Shown here: piece by piece, positions 14,846 through 29,123 of the stretch
How the letters are laid out: every line of letters starts with the position of its first letter
How positions within the stretch are numbered: the first letter of the stretch is position 1
Assembly: GCF_006345805.1 (NCBI RefSeq)
Contig: NC_043005.1
Location: 37,324,001 to 37,388,000, forward strand
Length of the DNA: 64,000 nucleotides
Reading direction: 5' to 3'
Source of the DNA: Octopus sinensis
Lineage: Eukaryota
Made by a program: the position numbers and the translations under genes
Notes under the pieces: generated by a model
The model's database searches: none
Told to the model about the DNA's origin: nothing
The model's input: the letters and a program-made list of their open reading frames with translations, nothing else

Positions 14846-15782
14846 CCAATAGTTTCAAAATGTGCTTAAGGGCCTATGTGAGAGAACCATATGGTGGGGA
14901 ACCAAACTTCTTAAGCCCACAATCATACTTGCAGCTGTACCATTCCTGGAACTATACCATGCTTGCATCTACAGAATGTGCAATTAAATTGAAAGGGATG
15001 TAGCACATGACATAAAATTTTTTTGATATTTGCGACTTTTATTTATATATAACAAAAAAAACCATTATAATCAACAACCTAGTTCTTCTCAACTGATATT
15101 TTACTGTTACAAGAGGATTCTAGTTTAAGAATTTCCTTTTGCCAGAAGCCCAATTCTGTATGAATAATAGGCATAGGGTTTATGATATCACAACATGCTC
15201 ATATATCTTCCTTTCCTTAATAACTTAGATAATTACAAAATGGCATCACACTGATTCTATTTTAATACCTGCTACAAGAGGCACCCATCATTGTCACATC
15301 TGTACTGTCCATGCTTAAGAGAGAAATCAAGCGATGGTATTACTTACCTGGAATTAAGTTGCAGTTATCAGCCATCACATACATACATGCATGAATACAT
15401 CCGCACATATGCACATGTGGGCACACGTGAACACACACACACATAGTTACAGTAAATCCCAGTTGTTTCCTCTCGAAAAACTTCTGCTTATTCCATGATT
15501 GCAGTCAATATGTATCCTTAGTTGCTGCAGAATATATATTGAAATTGAGAATTATGGAAATATTATTTGCAGAGTTATTGTATAACAAAACAGAAAAATA
15601 GAAATTTTTGTGTATTATTTATTCTCCATTACATGTAAGAATTGTTTTTTCTGTTTGCTGAACTTTTAATAGGAAATTCTTTGTGTCTATTTAACATGAA
15701 AATCTTTGTAATTCCTTTAAGAAAATGAAACACATGTAATGGAGACTAAATAATACCCAAAAAAATTTGCATTTTCCTGTTT

Positions 15783-15821
<39 letters not shown>

Positions 15822-15904
15822 GTCTTTCAAAATGTGACCTTGTGTGTACCATTGGCGATTTTTTTTCCTCTGTCTTCCCTTCTCTCGATCTTTCCTTCTC
15901 CTAT

Positions 15905-15939
15905 GTTTCCAATGAAGAGCTCCACTCGAAACATTAAAC
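15905..15939 (+). ncRNA. Degenerate hammerhead-like motif in an interspersed repeat (~15820-16020)
   Basis: gttt-CCAATGA-A-GAGC-tcc-ACTC-GAAA-CA-TT-aaac. Stem I (gttt/aaac) is retained and the core is mutated. Confidence 0.4.
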
Positions 15940-16032
15940 CCTCCTTCTTTCCTTCTTTCCTGAGCGTCCAATAATACTATATTTGTTCCACGTCCTCACG
16001 TGTTATGTTTTTTTGTGCTTTCTTGTTTGGAT

Positions 16033-16071
<39 letters not shown>

Positions 16072-18639
16072 TTATGTATAAGTGTCTATATTTATATACA
16101 CACGGATGCTCTTCATATATTTATATTCTCTATAGAAACTTAGTAAACGCCAGAACTTCACAGGCAGTTTGGTATGGGAAGTGGTTTTGCCCAATCATAA
16201 TTGTTGTAGCTGCAATAATTAAACTTTGTGTAACAACAAATTATATTATGTACAGATGGGGCTCTACTGACATAGTTATTACTAGCACACTTCCTAGCTA
16301 ATAGATCACAACCCACAACTCACACATTCACAATGCTTAAGCGAAATAATTAGTTTGTAATCAATGCAGTATCGATTAACTTTTAAATTAGATAAAGACT
16401 TTGGAAATACATCTAATGCCATTGAGATGTGACCAAAACACTATTTGATCTGGTTTAATTAGATAAAGTGCCGCTAATTATCAATAAGATAATAAGCTAG
16501 TATATTATCAGTCAGCTTATTAGGATTTTGCTATGATGGTTAAGAACAGCCATGCTAATGAAGTATTCTCACGCAGGCCACAAACATAAAAGAGGGAAGA
16601 GAAGGTGAAAATAACTCTTGATGTGTATATTTATTTACAAATGAAGCTTCTAATATATCTAAATAATTTACCTATATTTTCATAAAAATTAATTTGAGGG
16701 CTTATGTGTTGTGCACACCTCTTCTGCAAGATTTACCAAGTCATTTATTCATCACAAGTTTGCTTAATTATTCTTAGCAGAAATGGCCAAAAGTGTTGTT
16801 CAGTAAATGAACAAATTTTAGACTAGTGATTATTAAAACAAACTCAGTGTTTAGGGTTATAAATAAGATGGGTTAAATGGTTGAATATTTTACATCTCAT
16901 ATAAAGTATCTTAAAAAATATTAGTATCAAGTTCAGAAAACACATGTGGCTAGGCCACTATTCCATATATCTTCATCATCATCATTTAATATCTGTTTTC
17001 CATGCTGGCATGGGTTAAACAGTTTAATCAGAGCTAGTAAACCAGAGAGCTGCACCAGGCTCCACTTACCTGTTTTGACTTGGTTCCTAAGGCTTGATGC
17101 CTTTCCTAATGCCAACCACTCTACAGAATGCACTAGGTGCCTTTTACGTGCTTCTGGTACCGGTGCCTCTTGTGTGTCACAAGTGTATATACCTTTTACC
17201 TGTCACTGGCACTGACCATGACCCCGATTTCACTTAGCTTTAAATGCTTTCTCAAGCACAACAAATTGCTAGAATTCTTGGTGACTTGTCATCACCTCTA
17301 TAGGGCTCGTCAGCTAAAGCCTCTATTTCAGCACCTCATCCCACACCTTCATGGTTCTACGTCTTCCACAATTAAAGACCAACGCCTCATCAGAGATCAG
17401 CATACAGAATTTGTGTTCACATCACATTACAGCTATCCTTCAAAAAAGAAAAAAAAACCCATAACATTCAAATGCTACCTGGAAAAATCTCTCCCAGAAA
17501 TATCAGACAAACCCCTGAAAACAAAACTCATTTGAGTCAACAACAAATCCCTATTCAAGTGTGCTATGGTGTCCTAAAATATGCCTTAACAGACTTCCCC
17601 ATATGATGCCAGTCATTTAAATACAGCCTAGCCCAACAATAGATGAAACCTAAGTTGCTCTGGGTAACATTATATATCAAGTTACTGTGTGAGTTCATCA
17701 AGGATGATGATGACCTTTGGAACAGAGAGCAAGGCCGAGGACTTAAACTGCATCTTTCATAGATAATGATAAAAGATTGTTGTTGTTGTTTTCATTGATA
17801 GTCACAAATCAATTTCGATTGAACAGGTCTCCAATCAAAAGCATTTCTGTTGTGACCATTATGTCATTATTTCAATGTGTGTGTTGTGTAAAAATAACGT
17901 TTCCTTTTTCAGCCATACTGACTCATAAGGGCTGGTTTCCCATGCCAGCATGGAAAACGGTTTCCATGGTATATATATTCCACACCTGAACGGGTTGCTG
18001 TTATGTTACAGGATTACTCATTTTTGCCAGCTGAGTAGACTGGAGCAACATGAAGTGAAATGTTTCGCTCAAGAGCACAGTACATTGCCCAATCCAGGAA
18101 TCAAAACCACAATCTTACTATCATGAGTCTAACACCTTCACTGTGAAGCCATGTGCCTCCACTGTGTGTGTGTGTGTGTGTGTGTGACTTAACTGGCAGA
18201 CTTAGAAGAACATTTGACAAAATGTTAAATGCTTTGAAGTTCTCAGTACCCTGGTTCAAATTCCACTGAAGCCATCTCTTGAAAATCAATAAATATCAGT
18301 TCAACACTGGGTTCAGCTTCTTTGTACTTCTAGAAAACTGATTTAAAAATTAACAAAGCAGGGTTCATTTGAAATAGAGTTGATATTTTTAACAAGTTTG
18401 TAACTTGTGTGGTTGCATGAAGGCTTGCTTACCGACTCATACAAAACCATTTCCTTGATATACCACATATATGAATATATACATACATGTGTGTGTATAT
18501 TATGATTGTATGTTTGTGGTGCAAAGGGATAGTTGCTTGTAGTGCCTAAATTGAAGACATATGTATATATGTATACATTTATGTGCATTTGTGTATGTAT
18601 ATATGTGTGTATGTGTGTGTGTGTTTGTGCATATTGCAT

Positions 18640-18673
<34 letters not shown>

Positions 18674-19354
18674 TATTGAAATTGTTTCTTATTTGCTTCA
18701 TCACAAGAGGGAAGTTCCTCAGAGAAATAACTGATTGTTTACAAAGTAAACATTTAAACAATTAAAGAGTAAAAAAAAAAACGTAAGATATAAAAGATCA
18801 GAGATCAGGATGGGCAAGTTTGTGGGAGGTTGTGACAAGATGCATAATATAATAGATAGGATGCGGTAAAATCTAGAGAGAGAGAGAGTGAGAAGAGAGA
18901 GAGAGAGAGAGAGTTAATTTGGTGAATGTGAGGAGCAAGAGAAAATGCTACAAATTAAGTGGAGGGGGGGGGATCAATCAGTGCATATTTCTATTTTCAG
19001 CTCTAGGTTCTGTATATGTCAAATATTGTCCATTTAGAATGCAAATATTAACTGAAATTTGAATAATCAATGCAGTTTGTAGGCAAGAATCAAAATGCAG
19101 TAAAAAAAACCTTTCACATAATCTCACACACAGACACACGCACACATATGCATGCATACATACATAAATATGTGTGTATGTGTGTGTGTGTGTATGTGTG
19201 TGTGTGTGTTTGTATACACATGCACATATTTAGGGAAAAAAAACTTTTCCTTCCATATAGGGAAATTTGTTTGGGGATTGAAAATACGCTTGGGTTTTAA
19301 AATGAATTTTAGTTCCTTTTAATATTTTTTTCAATTTATGTGTGTATATAAATA

Positions 19355-19500
19355 GGCATGGCTGTGTGGTTAGATGTTTTCTTCTCAATTTCGTGGTTCC
19401 AGGTTCAATCCCACTTTGAGCAAATGTCTACTATTGCCACAGTCCAACTAAACCCTTGTGAGTGGATTTGGTAGACTGAAACTGAAAGAAGCCCATTGTA
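19355..19500 (+). mobile_element. Family B SINE head fragment
   Basis: ggcatggctgtgtggttag...ggttcaatcccac...gtgagtggatttggtagac...aactgaaagaagccc. Similar fragments lie near 5575-5730, 11980-12095, 27870-27985, 29930-30110, 43085-43225 and 52575-52735. Confidence 0.7.
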
Positions 19501-20085
19501 TGTGTGTCTGTGTATATATATATATATATATCATCATCATAATTGTTTAATGTCTGCCTTCCATGCTGACGTGATTGGATGGTTTGACAGGAACCATTAA
19601 GCTAGAAGACTACCCCAGGCAGCTGTGTCAGTTTTGGCATGAGTTTTTACGGCTGGATGCTCTACCTAACACCACCCACCCAGCAGAGTGAACTGAGGGC
19701 TTTTAAAGTGGCACCAGCACAAGCTGTCAGCCAAAAATGCACCAAGTTACTTTCGCGTTAATTTGTCATTAATGAATTGATATTCTCTATTTTAATATAT
19801 ATATCACCATCATCATCAACGTCATCGTTTAATGTCTGTTTTCCATGCTGGCATGGGTTGGATGGTTTGACTGGGAACTGGCAAGCCAGGAGGCCACACC
19901 TGGCTCCTATCTGATCTGGCAATGTTTTTACTGTTGGATGCCCTTCACAACACCAACCTCTCTGTAGTGTAGTGGGTGTTTTTTATATGTGCCACCAGCA
20001 CAAGAGCCAGTCAGGTGACACTGGCATTGGCCACATTCAGATATATATATATATATGTATACATATATGTATATATATACATATT

Positions 20086-20492
20086 TCTCTTTCTCTTTTA
20101 CTTGTTTCAGTCATTTGACTGCGGCCATGCTGGGGCACCGCCTTTAATCGAGCAACTCGACCCCGAGACTTATTCTTTTGTAAGCCCAGTACTTATTCTA
20201 TCGGTCTCTTTTGCCGAACCGCTAAGTAACAGGGACATAAATACACCAGCATCGGTTGTCAAGCAATGCTAGGGAGACAAACACAGACACACAAACACAC
20301 ACACATACAAATATATATATACATATATATGACAGGTTTCTTTCAGTTTCCGTCTACCAAATCCACTCACAAGGCATTGGTCGGCCCGGGGCTATAGCAG
20401 AAGACACCTGCACAAGATGCCACGCAGTGAGACTGAACCCGGAACCGTGTGGTTGGTAAGCAAGCTACTTACCACACAGCCACTCCTGCGCC
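20086..20492 (-). mobile_element. Young full-length SINE (family B; tRNA-like head, internal TA/TG microsatellite)
   Basis: Reverse complement begins ggcgcaggagtggctgtgtggtaag...gggttcagtc; CpG-rich; near-identical to 32232-32645. Confidence 0.85.
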
Positions 20493-20746
20493 TATATATA
20501 TATATATATGCACACACATGCTTCAGCACAGTTCCCAGCTAAAAGAATTGTTCACAGGACTTTAGTTTTACTAGAACTACTTTAATAGACACTTCTTCAA
20601 ATGCCATACAACAGGTGAAACTGAAACTTCAGTGGCTGCTAACACTATAATCATGCAAATACACACACAAACACACGTATACGATTATCTTTTTTACATC
20701 CTCATCCTTCATGCCTTCATAGGTCACGTATAAAATAAAGGTCATA

Positions 20747-20784
<38 letters not shown>

Positions 20785-21088
20785 ATATTATATATATATA
20801 TATAATATATATATAATATATATATATATATATTATATATATTATATACTTTATTAAAAGAGCAGCAAAAATATCATAAAAACTGTTACTCAGAGCATAT
20901 TACTCTACCTCTTGTACTGCTGTATGTATATTAAATTGGTTTACTTTGCATGATAAGTACTAAGCAAACAATGAAGTAAATATTAACAGGTTAGGAATTT
21001 TGTTACTTCTCGATGTTTTAATGAAAATTGGGTGAGTGTTGTTGGCAAACAGGCTGATGACAATAAAATAGCATCTGTGTGTGTGTGT

Positions 21089-21131
<43 letters not shown>

Positions 21132-21220
21132 CATGTGCATTCATATTTGCTTTTGTTAGAAGTATTATTCATTGTGAAATTGCAATGCATAACAAACATT
21201 ATTAGATTATACTTGCTTTC

Positions 21221-21272
21221 TTATATATATTATATTATATTATATTATTTATATATATATATAATATTATAT

Positions 21273-21303
<31 letters not shown>

Positions 21304-21525
21304 AGATATATGTATAGATATATATATGTATATTATTTATATATATGTATAATATATAATATATATATATATATATATATAATATAATATATATATATAT
21401 GTATAATAATATATATATATATATATATAATATATATATATATATATACATATATATACATAAAAATATATATATGTATGTATAATACATGTATAATATA
21501 TATATATATATATATAATATATATA

Positions 21526-21556
<31 letters not shown>

Positions 21557-21700
21557 ATATATATATACATAAAAATATATATATGTATTTATATGTATGT
21601 ATATATACGTAGATATAAGTGTGTATGTAGGTATGTGCATATACATATGTACATCTACACCTACTATATATATATATATGTATGTATATATATATATATA

Positions 21701-21749
<49 letters not shown>

Positions 21750-21752
21750 TAG

Positions 21753-21785
<33 letters not shown>

Positions 21786-21790
21786 CAAGA
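21221..21790. repeat. Very long compound (TA)n/(GA)n/(TG)n microsatellite
   Basis: About 570 bp almost entirely A/T dinucleotide repeat. Confidence 0.95.
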
Positions 21791-21936
21791 ATATCAAATT
21801 AAAAGTCAATAAAACATGCATAAATATAGAAAAAAAGATGCCACTTATACAAATTTATAAGTATATCTTTCCTGACTTCAAAATTGGAATGAAAAAAAAA
21901 GACCACTAAAAGAAAATGCTAGAAAATACAAAAATC

Positions 21937-21975
<39 letters not shown>

Positions 21976-22037
21976 CATGCACACACACATATGTACATGT
22001 ATTTATATATATACAAATAAACATGTACATTTACACA

Positions 22038-22094
<57 letters not shown>

Positions 22095-22370
22095 TGAGAA
22101 TAGTGAATGTAAGAATCAGATGTGAGCAAAGAAACATGCTTACACACAAAGAAATAGAAATCTTAAAAAAAACAAAATCAAATTAGGAAAGTGCTAATAT
22201 AAACAAGTAAAAAAAAAATAAATTGCTAGCAAAGATTATTGTGGAATTGTACAGGTCTGAGAGAAAGTTAATCAGAAAGCTTCTACTGAGACATGATAAG
22301 AGATTTTTGGGAAGCCTGCAGGCATTCTGATTAGAATCTCTTGTCAGCAAAATTAAAATACTATCATTAT

Positions 22371-22371
<1 letters not shown>

Positions 22372-22409
<38 letters not shown>

Positions 22410-22423
22410 GACTACCACTACCA

Positions 22424-22499
<76 letters not shown>

Positions 22500-22524
22500 C
22501 ACTACTACCATTACTACTACTACT
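22372..22524. repeat. Long (CTA/TAG)n trinucleotide microsatellite
   Basis: About 50 near-perfect units; source of the poly-Ser and poly-Tyr ORF artefacts. Confidence 0.97.
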
Positions 22525-23302
22525 AGCAACAGCAGTGTGTATGTAAATTATGTGCATGTTGGTGTGAATATATAGTCATCATTATCCTAATTCAGTGTCC
22601 ACTGTTCCATTTGGTTCACTGAAATTTGCCAAAGCAGCTTTTTCTCTGATTGGTTGCCCTTCCTGGCACCAGACCTCACCTGTTTTCAAGCCTGTTTTCA
22701 CATAGCTATACATGAAAGGAACAACCTCACCTGTATGACAATGATGCTCGTTTACAACCACCCCATGATGCCAAGACAGGTGTACATTCTTTCCCTCCTG
22801 CTGTCACATCTTTGATAATTTGCTTGGTTCACGGGTGGGAGGGCTGAGTGGCTGTCTATGTCTGCTTGCAACTACATAGGCATCTAAAACAAGTAGTGCA
22901 AAAGCTTGATATGTGCCACTATGTCATATGCACATGCAAATGAGGAGGAATATGGTTTTATTGATTATATATTATATGCATAAAATTTTATATTTTTATA
23001 TCTATTTTTCTGTCTGTCTATCTCTCTGTATATTTGTGTGTGTATGTGAGTGTGTCCATACTTATGCACAGACATGCATATATGAATGATAGAAGATGGA
23101 TTGAACAGTGTGCATTTATTGCATCACGTTACAATTGTTGCAACATCCAGTCACCAGCAAAAACATTGCTGTGGCATTCTACATTACTGCATGTACTTTA
23201 TATGCACTTTCTGACAAGTTGTGGTGCACCTGAGCACTGTATACAATAATTTCATTATATATAAAATATAAATTAACACATCGTGTCATTATTATTATTA
23301 TA

Positions 23303-23697
23303 AAGGCAGTGAGCTGGCAGAATTGTTAGTATGCTGGACAAAATGCTTAGTAACATATCGTCTGTCTTTATGCTCTGAGTTCAAATCTTACTGAGATCAA
23401 ATTGAGTACTAGTGAAACACTGGAGTCAATGTAATCAATTTCCCCTTCCCACAAAATTTCAGGCCAGGTGCCTTTAGTAGAAAGGATTATTATTATTATT
23501 CCAAGGTGGTGGCCTTGATGAATTGTTAGCAGCATTTTGTCTATTTTTACATTCTGAGTTCAAATTCTGTTGAGGTCAGCTTTGCTTTTCATCTTTCAAG
23601 GTTGATAAATTAAGTACCAGTTAAACACTGGGTTTGATGTAATCAACTTACCCACATCCACAAATTTTCTGGCCTTGTGCCAAAATTTGAAATCATT
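23303..23697 (+). mobile_element. Head-to-tail pair of family A SINEs joined by (ATT)n
   Basis: Two colinear copies, ~23303-23485 and ~23503-23697. Confidence 0.75.
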
Positions 23698-24609
23698 ATT
23701 CCAGCAACACAGGTGAATTTTGTCTCTTCAGGTGAGAAGGCAAAAGGAGTTTGTGTTAATTTGTATTTTATATAATACTTGAACAATGTTTCTGCTGGTG
23801 AATCAATGTTGAAAGAATTGTAGTGTTATGTTATAAAGAGTGTAGCTCAATCCATTTTCTCTTATTCATATTTTTGTATAATCTCTACAGGTATTATGGA
23901 ATTCCAGATGCATATCCAGTAATATGATTTATCTCACTGTATGATAGCATTTGATAGCCAATACCTATAGATGAACTTAGTAAAGCAAGCTACAAGACAA
24001 ACTTCACACACATACACACATACTTAGATGTATATATGTATTTGTATGTATCTATGTATTTGTATGTGCTATGTATTTACATGCAAATATGTATCTCAAA
24101 ATAGCATTTACTTGAAATGATACATTTTAATGTGTATATTTGTAAAAAGATGCATTAGCATATACAAAAACCATTGATAACGTACATGATTCCTTGTTCT
24201 TATATTCTGTCTCTCACATTCTCTGCCCACCCCACAAAATTATTTTGGACAATTTATCTTGCATTCCTCTGACAAGCTGCTTCCTGAATGTATATTTTTA
24301 TATTTTAGCTAATCAGCCTTATCTCCTGTATATGTGATATTTTTCAAGGTGACAGCTATGGGCATGTAGAAACATAGCTGATATAACTCTAAGAAAGTAA
24401 AGGAAAGTTATGAGAGTATAAAACTCTTAAAAACTAAGAAGCTCAAAAAATGGGTTTGAAAGCTTAATCCAGTTAGAAAACTTTTTCTATATAGTCAGTC
24501 TTTCTGCTGGAAATAACAGTGAAATCTTTATTAAATCATAGTTTCAACATATTAGATAATGTCATTCTAGAATTCTATGTTTGGAAAACATGTTTGGCAA
24601 TGGCAAGAA

Positions 24610-24946
24610 CAGGGGTTCTCAACCATTTTTTATCTATGGATCCCTTTGATTACTATTTTATTCTGGTGGATCCCCATAGATATTCAGTGTTTGAAAACTA
24701 GTTTTTTAGAATCTTCTTTCAAAGTGCCTGTTTTGTTTTTCCCATATTAACTTGTGTAGGTTAAACTATGTAAAATGTTAGAAAAATAATCCTAACTGTT
24801 TTTGCAATGAATGCATTTAAAGCAAAAGTATTTTGGGAATCCTTAAAATACTTTTGTAGGTCTCCAATTTACTATTTTGTTGCATGGACCCCCAAAAGTA
24901 TTGTATGGACCCTCAGGGCCATATAGATTGCTGTTGAGAATCACAG
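24610..24946. mobile_element. hAT (Charlie-type) MITE
   Basis: Left TIR CAGGGGTTCTCAAC; degenerate right TIR GTTGAGAATCACAG. The 8-bp flanks ggcaagaa / aactagaa resemble a decayed hAT TSD. Non-coding interior. Confidence 0.65.
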
Positions 24947-25804
24947 AACTAGAACATCATTGACCATTGGTTAGTGTATTTAGGCCTGACTTTGAACTAT
25001 GTGTGTGACCCCATCAAACCTTCCTTACCTCTCATCTTCCCAACAGCCATCACTCCTGCACTCTTCTGACAGAATTATTTCCTTTTCCCTTACAACGTTT
25101 CTAAACACTTTTTATTTTGTCTCATTCTCTATTGCTTGTTTTCTTATTTTTATTTCCTCATTGAATAGCCCTGTTATATGTATCTGAACCATGCCAGATT
25201 GTGCATGGTACACTGTACCAGCCAACCTGAATAGTGCATGAGTTGAAGTAGCTCCCCCCATGCTTCATGTATTCACTGATATATATATATATATATAGTT
25301 GTATATTCTATTAAGAACGTAGTAGAGTACAGTATAAAGCTCGGCCACCTTCAGTTTACCCGGTGCTATCCAGTAGTAGCATTATATGTACTTCTAGGTT
25401 TGTGCTTGGGCATCTGTCATGTGTGAAGAAATAAGAAATTAAATACCAATCCCTTTAAAATGGCAACTGCTTTAACAGTACCAGAATCACCGTTCCACTA
25501 CATCTACACATTCAAAGCAGTTTGTCAATGGCCCTTCAGCAACAACACACTCTGAAAAGCTCAGAGATTACTACTAAATTCAGGTCATGACAGACAGACA
25601 AGAAGTTCTTGAAGCTGAGGATTTTAAACTTATAGAAACAATATTTACATATCACCTGAGGAAACAAAACTAGATCTCATAATGTAGGGAAATAGTTGCA
25701 TAATCAAGTAACTGCACACTTGGAGAGCTGCGTTGCATGGAAACAATGGTAGTGATTAAAATATCCCTTCTTGTTGACTCCAAATTTTTCAATTATTCAT
25801 ACAT

Positions 25805-25837
<33 letters not shown>

Positions 25838-26696
25838 AACTACACACATAAAGATAGAGAGGATGGATGGATGGATAGATGCATGTGTATGAATGTAATT
25901 TTCACTTATTAATGAATATAATAAGAGATTAATGTAATTAGAAACCTCAGATATATATCAGAGGAATGAAAATTTGTTGCACTCATGCTTTTTTCTTTCC
26001 TGTACTACTTACGCATTTGGAATAATTCATATTAAATCTTGAAAGCAAGGTGTGGCTAATTCTTCCAGGATATATGTATATTAAAAAAAGAAATTAACTG
26101 ACTCTAACAGTAAAGAAATAATCATTATTGAAATTTAATAAATTCAATTTCATATAGATTGTTCAATAAATTTACTGAAAAATTATTTTATTGTTTAAAT
26201 TTTAGAATCTGAAGTAATTTTCTCTCATGAAATTTAAACTTCCTTTTGTCATTGTCATCATTGTCACTATCTAATGTCCACTTTTCTATGCTTCCTTGGG
26301 TCAAACAGATTTGTGGTGGTAGATTTTCTATGGCTAGATGCCCTTCCTGTTTCCAATCAAGGCATTATATCTTCATGGCCAAGCATGTTTTTCAAGGAAT
26401 ACTGGAAATTGACTGGCCTTGATTGTATGATGGTGATGCTTGTGTACAACAATCACATGATTTCTAGGCAAGAGTAAATGCACACATGAGCAAACACACA
26501 CACACACACACATACATACATACATATACATAGTAATGTAGCAGTGGTAGACTATATCAAAATATGTTTTTAATAGTGTAAACACTATATATATATATGT
26601 ATTGTACATATGCATATATATATATTTATAAGTATATATGTGTATATATATATGTATATATGTGTGTGTGTATATATGTATATATATATATATATT

Positions 26697-26755
<59 letters not shown>

Positions 26756-27368
26756 CCAAAAAGCGGAATAAGAACGTAATGTATGACAATGAAAACATGC
26801 ACACAAATGGACAGGAAAATCCCGGGCGGAACATTTGTGGCTCCCTATTCAACAGTCAAGCTTCCAATCATCATTACAGTTTCGGCCTGTTACACTTGAG
26901 ACTGTTCAAAATTGGTAGGCCCCAAAAATCTAAGCTAAGAGCATTAAATTTTTGGAAGAAAGTGAGCAAATATGTACTACAACACAGACAAAAAATGGGA
27001 AATGTTACATGATTGCAAATACAAACAGCAAGAATAACAACATGTGTCTTTTGACTAGAAGGACAAATTAAGTTAAGCCGGTATGTGAAGTGGAAGCCTT
27101 GGAGCAACAGACATAGATGAAAGCCAGGAGACAGAGGAAAATAAGGTGTTGTGCGAGTGGCGGTCAGGCCAAGAAAAAAAGATCATGCTTGTCCAAACAC
27201 TAGTCATGTGGGAAGAACTGAGAGTGGTAGGGAGCAGAAGGAAGGAAGTAAATATATGTATACATGTATATTCCATATATTTAAATGTATGTGAGCATCA
27301 ATGAAGAAAATAATAATGATGATGACAATGATTATTGTTATTATTATTATTGTTATTATTATTATTAT

Positions 27369-27800
27369 GGCAGCAAGATAGCAAAATCGTTAGCTTGCTG
27401 GGTGAAATGCTTCATGGTGTTTCATCCATCTTTATGGCCAAGGTCGACTTTGCCTTCCATCTTTTGAGGGTCGATAAATTAAGTACCAATGAAACACTGG
27501 GGTCAATGTAATCGACTAGTCTCCTCCTTCTCCCAAATTTCAGACCTTGTGCCTTTAGTATAAAGGGTTAATATCATTGTTATCGGTATCATTGCAATGA
27601 GCTTGCAAAGTCATTTGCCAAGCAAAATTGCTTTGAGATATTTCTTCCAGCTCTTTCCATTCTGTGCTCCAATAACACAAGCTCAGATTTGTCTTGTCAC
27701 CTTTTCAGGGTCAATAAGATAAGGAACATCAACAGGGGTTGATGTAATTGACAACCACTTCCCCCAGAATTTCAAGCCTTGTGCCTATAGTAGAAAGGAT
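27369..27800 (+). mobile_element. Head-to-tail pair of family A SINEs
   Basis: Copies ~27369-27567 and ~27595-27800, flanked by (ATT)n. Confidence 0.7.
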
Positions 27801-27804
27801 TATT

Positions 27805-27860
<56 letters not shown>

Positions 27861-29123
27861 CACCCACCCACAGCAGGTGCCTTTCAGTTTTTATCTACCA
27901 AATCCATTCTCAAGTCTTTGGTCAGCTAGAGGTTATTGGAAGTCATTGTGCCAAGGTGCCACACAAAGTAACTGAACTCAAAAACCCCGAGTGTATTTAT
28001 TCATATAAATATGTATATACCTATTTATATATATATATATGTGTATATGTGAATATATATATATATATACATATACACTCTCATACACACAATCGCTACT
28101 GATGTAATAGCTGAAATGTAAGGTAGTTATTTTCTTTTACACTTAGTGTAGCTACTTTAGATGAAATATTAAGTTACATTACCAAATAATGGTTTTGGTT
28201 ATTTGATACCAATTGAACTGTATGTTTCTGATTAGCTATTTCTTAGCTAAGTGCATACCATTCATGCTTCACTCAATAACAGCTATAATCAAACATATGT
28301 GTCTATATTTGTGTGTGGGTCTATCTATGTGCACCTGTCTATCCATATGTGTGTGTGTACATGTGAATATATGTCTGTCATGCAAGCATTTATACATCAT
28401 TATTTAAATATGTGTAGATATTAAAACACCAAGCTTCACAGACAGAACGGCACATAATCAAGTTGGCTGAACACAGAGTGCTGTGTTGTAGAACCATCAA
28501 ACATAATACAAACATGAAAAAAGCCGATAATATTAATATGATAGAAATAATTACAATGTGTGAGTGTGTGGCTGTTTTGCAAGTGTATATGGGACACACC
28601 TTTAAATACGTTTATTTTATTCATCCCTGTAATGACTACTTCAAAGTAGTAGAATGTTATTTAGGGTTCTATTGATGGTCTTTATGAACCACTACTGTTG
28701 TGTTATCCAATTGTAACTTCTATTCTTCATTGCTAAACTCACAGGAATGACATAAGTTGGAAAGTTTCAACAACTGCCAGTGAAACATTTAAGGGTTATT
28801 ATATATTTCATATTACAAGATACATGAAAGTTGGGGAATTGTTGGTGTGTTACACAAAATCCTTTGTGAAATTTTCTTCTGACTCTACATGCTCTGAGCT
28901 CAAATCTTGCCAGGGTGAACTTTGCTTTCCATCCATTAAGAGCTGAAAATAAATGAGGGAACTGACTTGGGATTCATCTTTACCATAAAGTTTGAGCCCA
29001 TCCATGAATAACAAGTGGTTGACTTTTTGTTGGCGGCTCTTGAATACTTACCCAGCCTTTGCTCTCCTCAGAATCAGTGTTAGTGGTAACATGCACAGTA
29101 CAAAGATGATTGTTATTATTATT

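Noticed and set aside
15341-15352. tacttacctgg, matching the U1 snRNA 5' end (a perfect donor site on the minus strand)
   Set aside because: Only about 11 nt match, with no U1 stem-loops or Sm site, and no upstream acceptor or ORF to define an exon.
21272-21821. Long ORFs rich in Y/I/M/C/V/H/T (also 26373-27012, 37410-37902, 39392-39890, 39981-40332, 41072-41449, 46841-47414)
   Set aside because: Translations of (TA)n, (TG)n and (CA)n microsatellites that lack stops by composition; no domain content or splice context.
22183-22557. Poly-Ser ORF (and poly-Asp ORF 51977-52276, poly-Val ORF 41-271, ORF 55715-56056)
   Set aside because: Simple trinucleotide repeats; no splice sites or flanking coding signal.
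25460-25600. Moderately complex stretch that might be a coding exon
   Set aside because: All plausible frames hit stops within about 33 codons, there is no canonical strong donor, and no domain resemblance.
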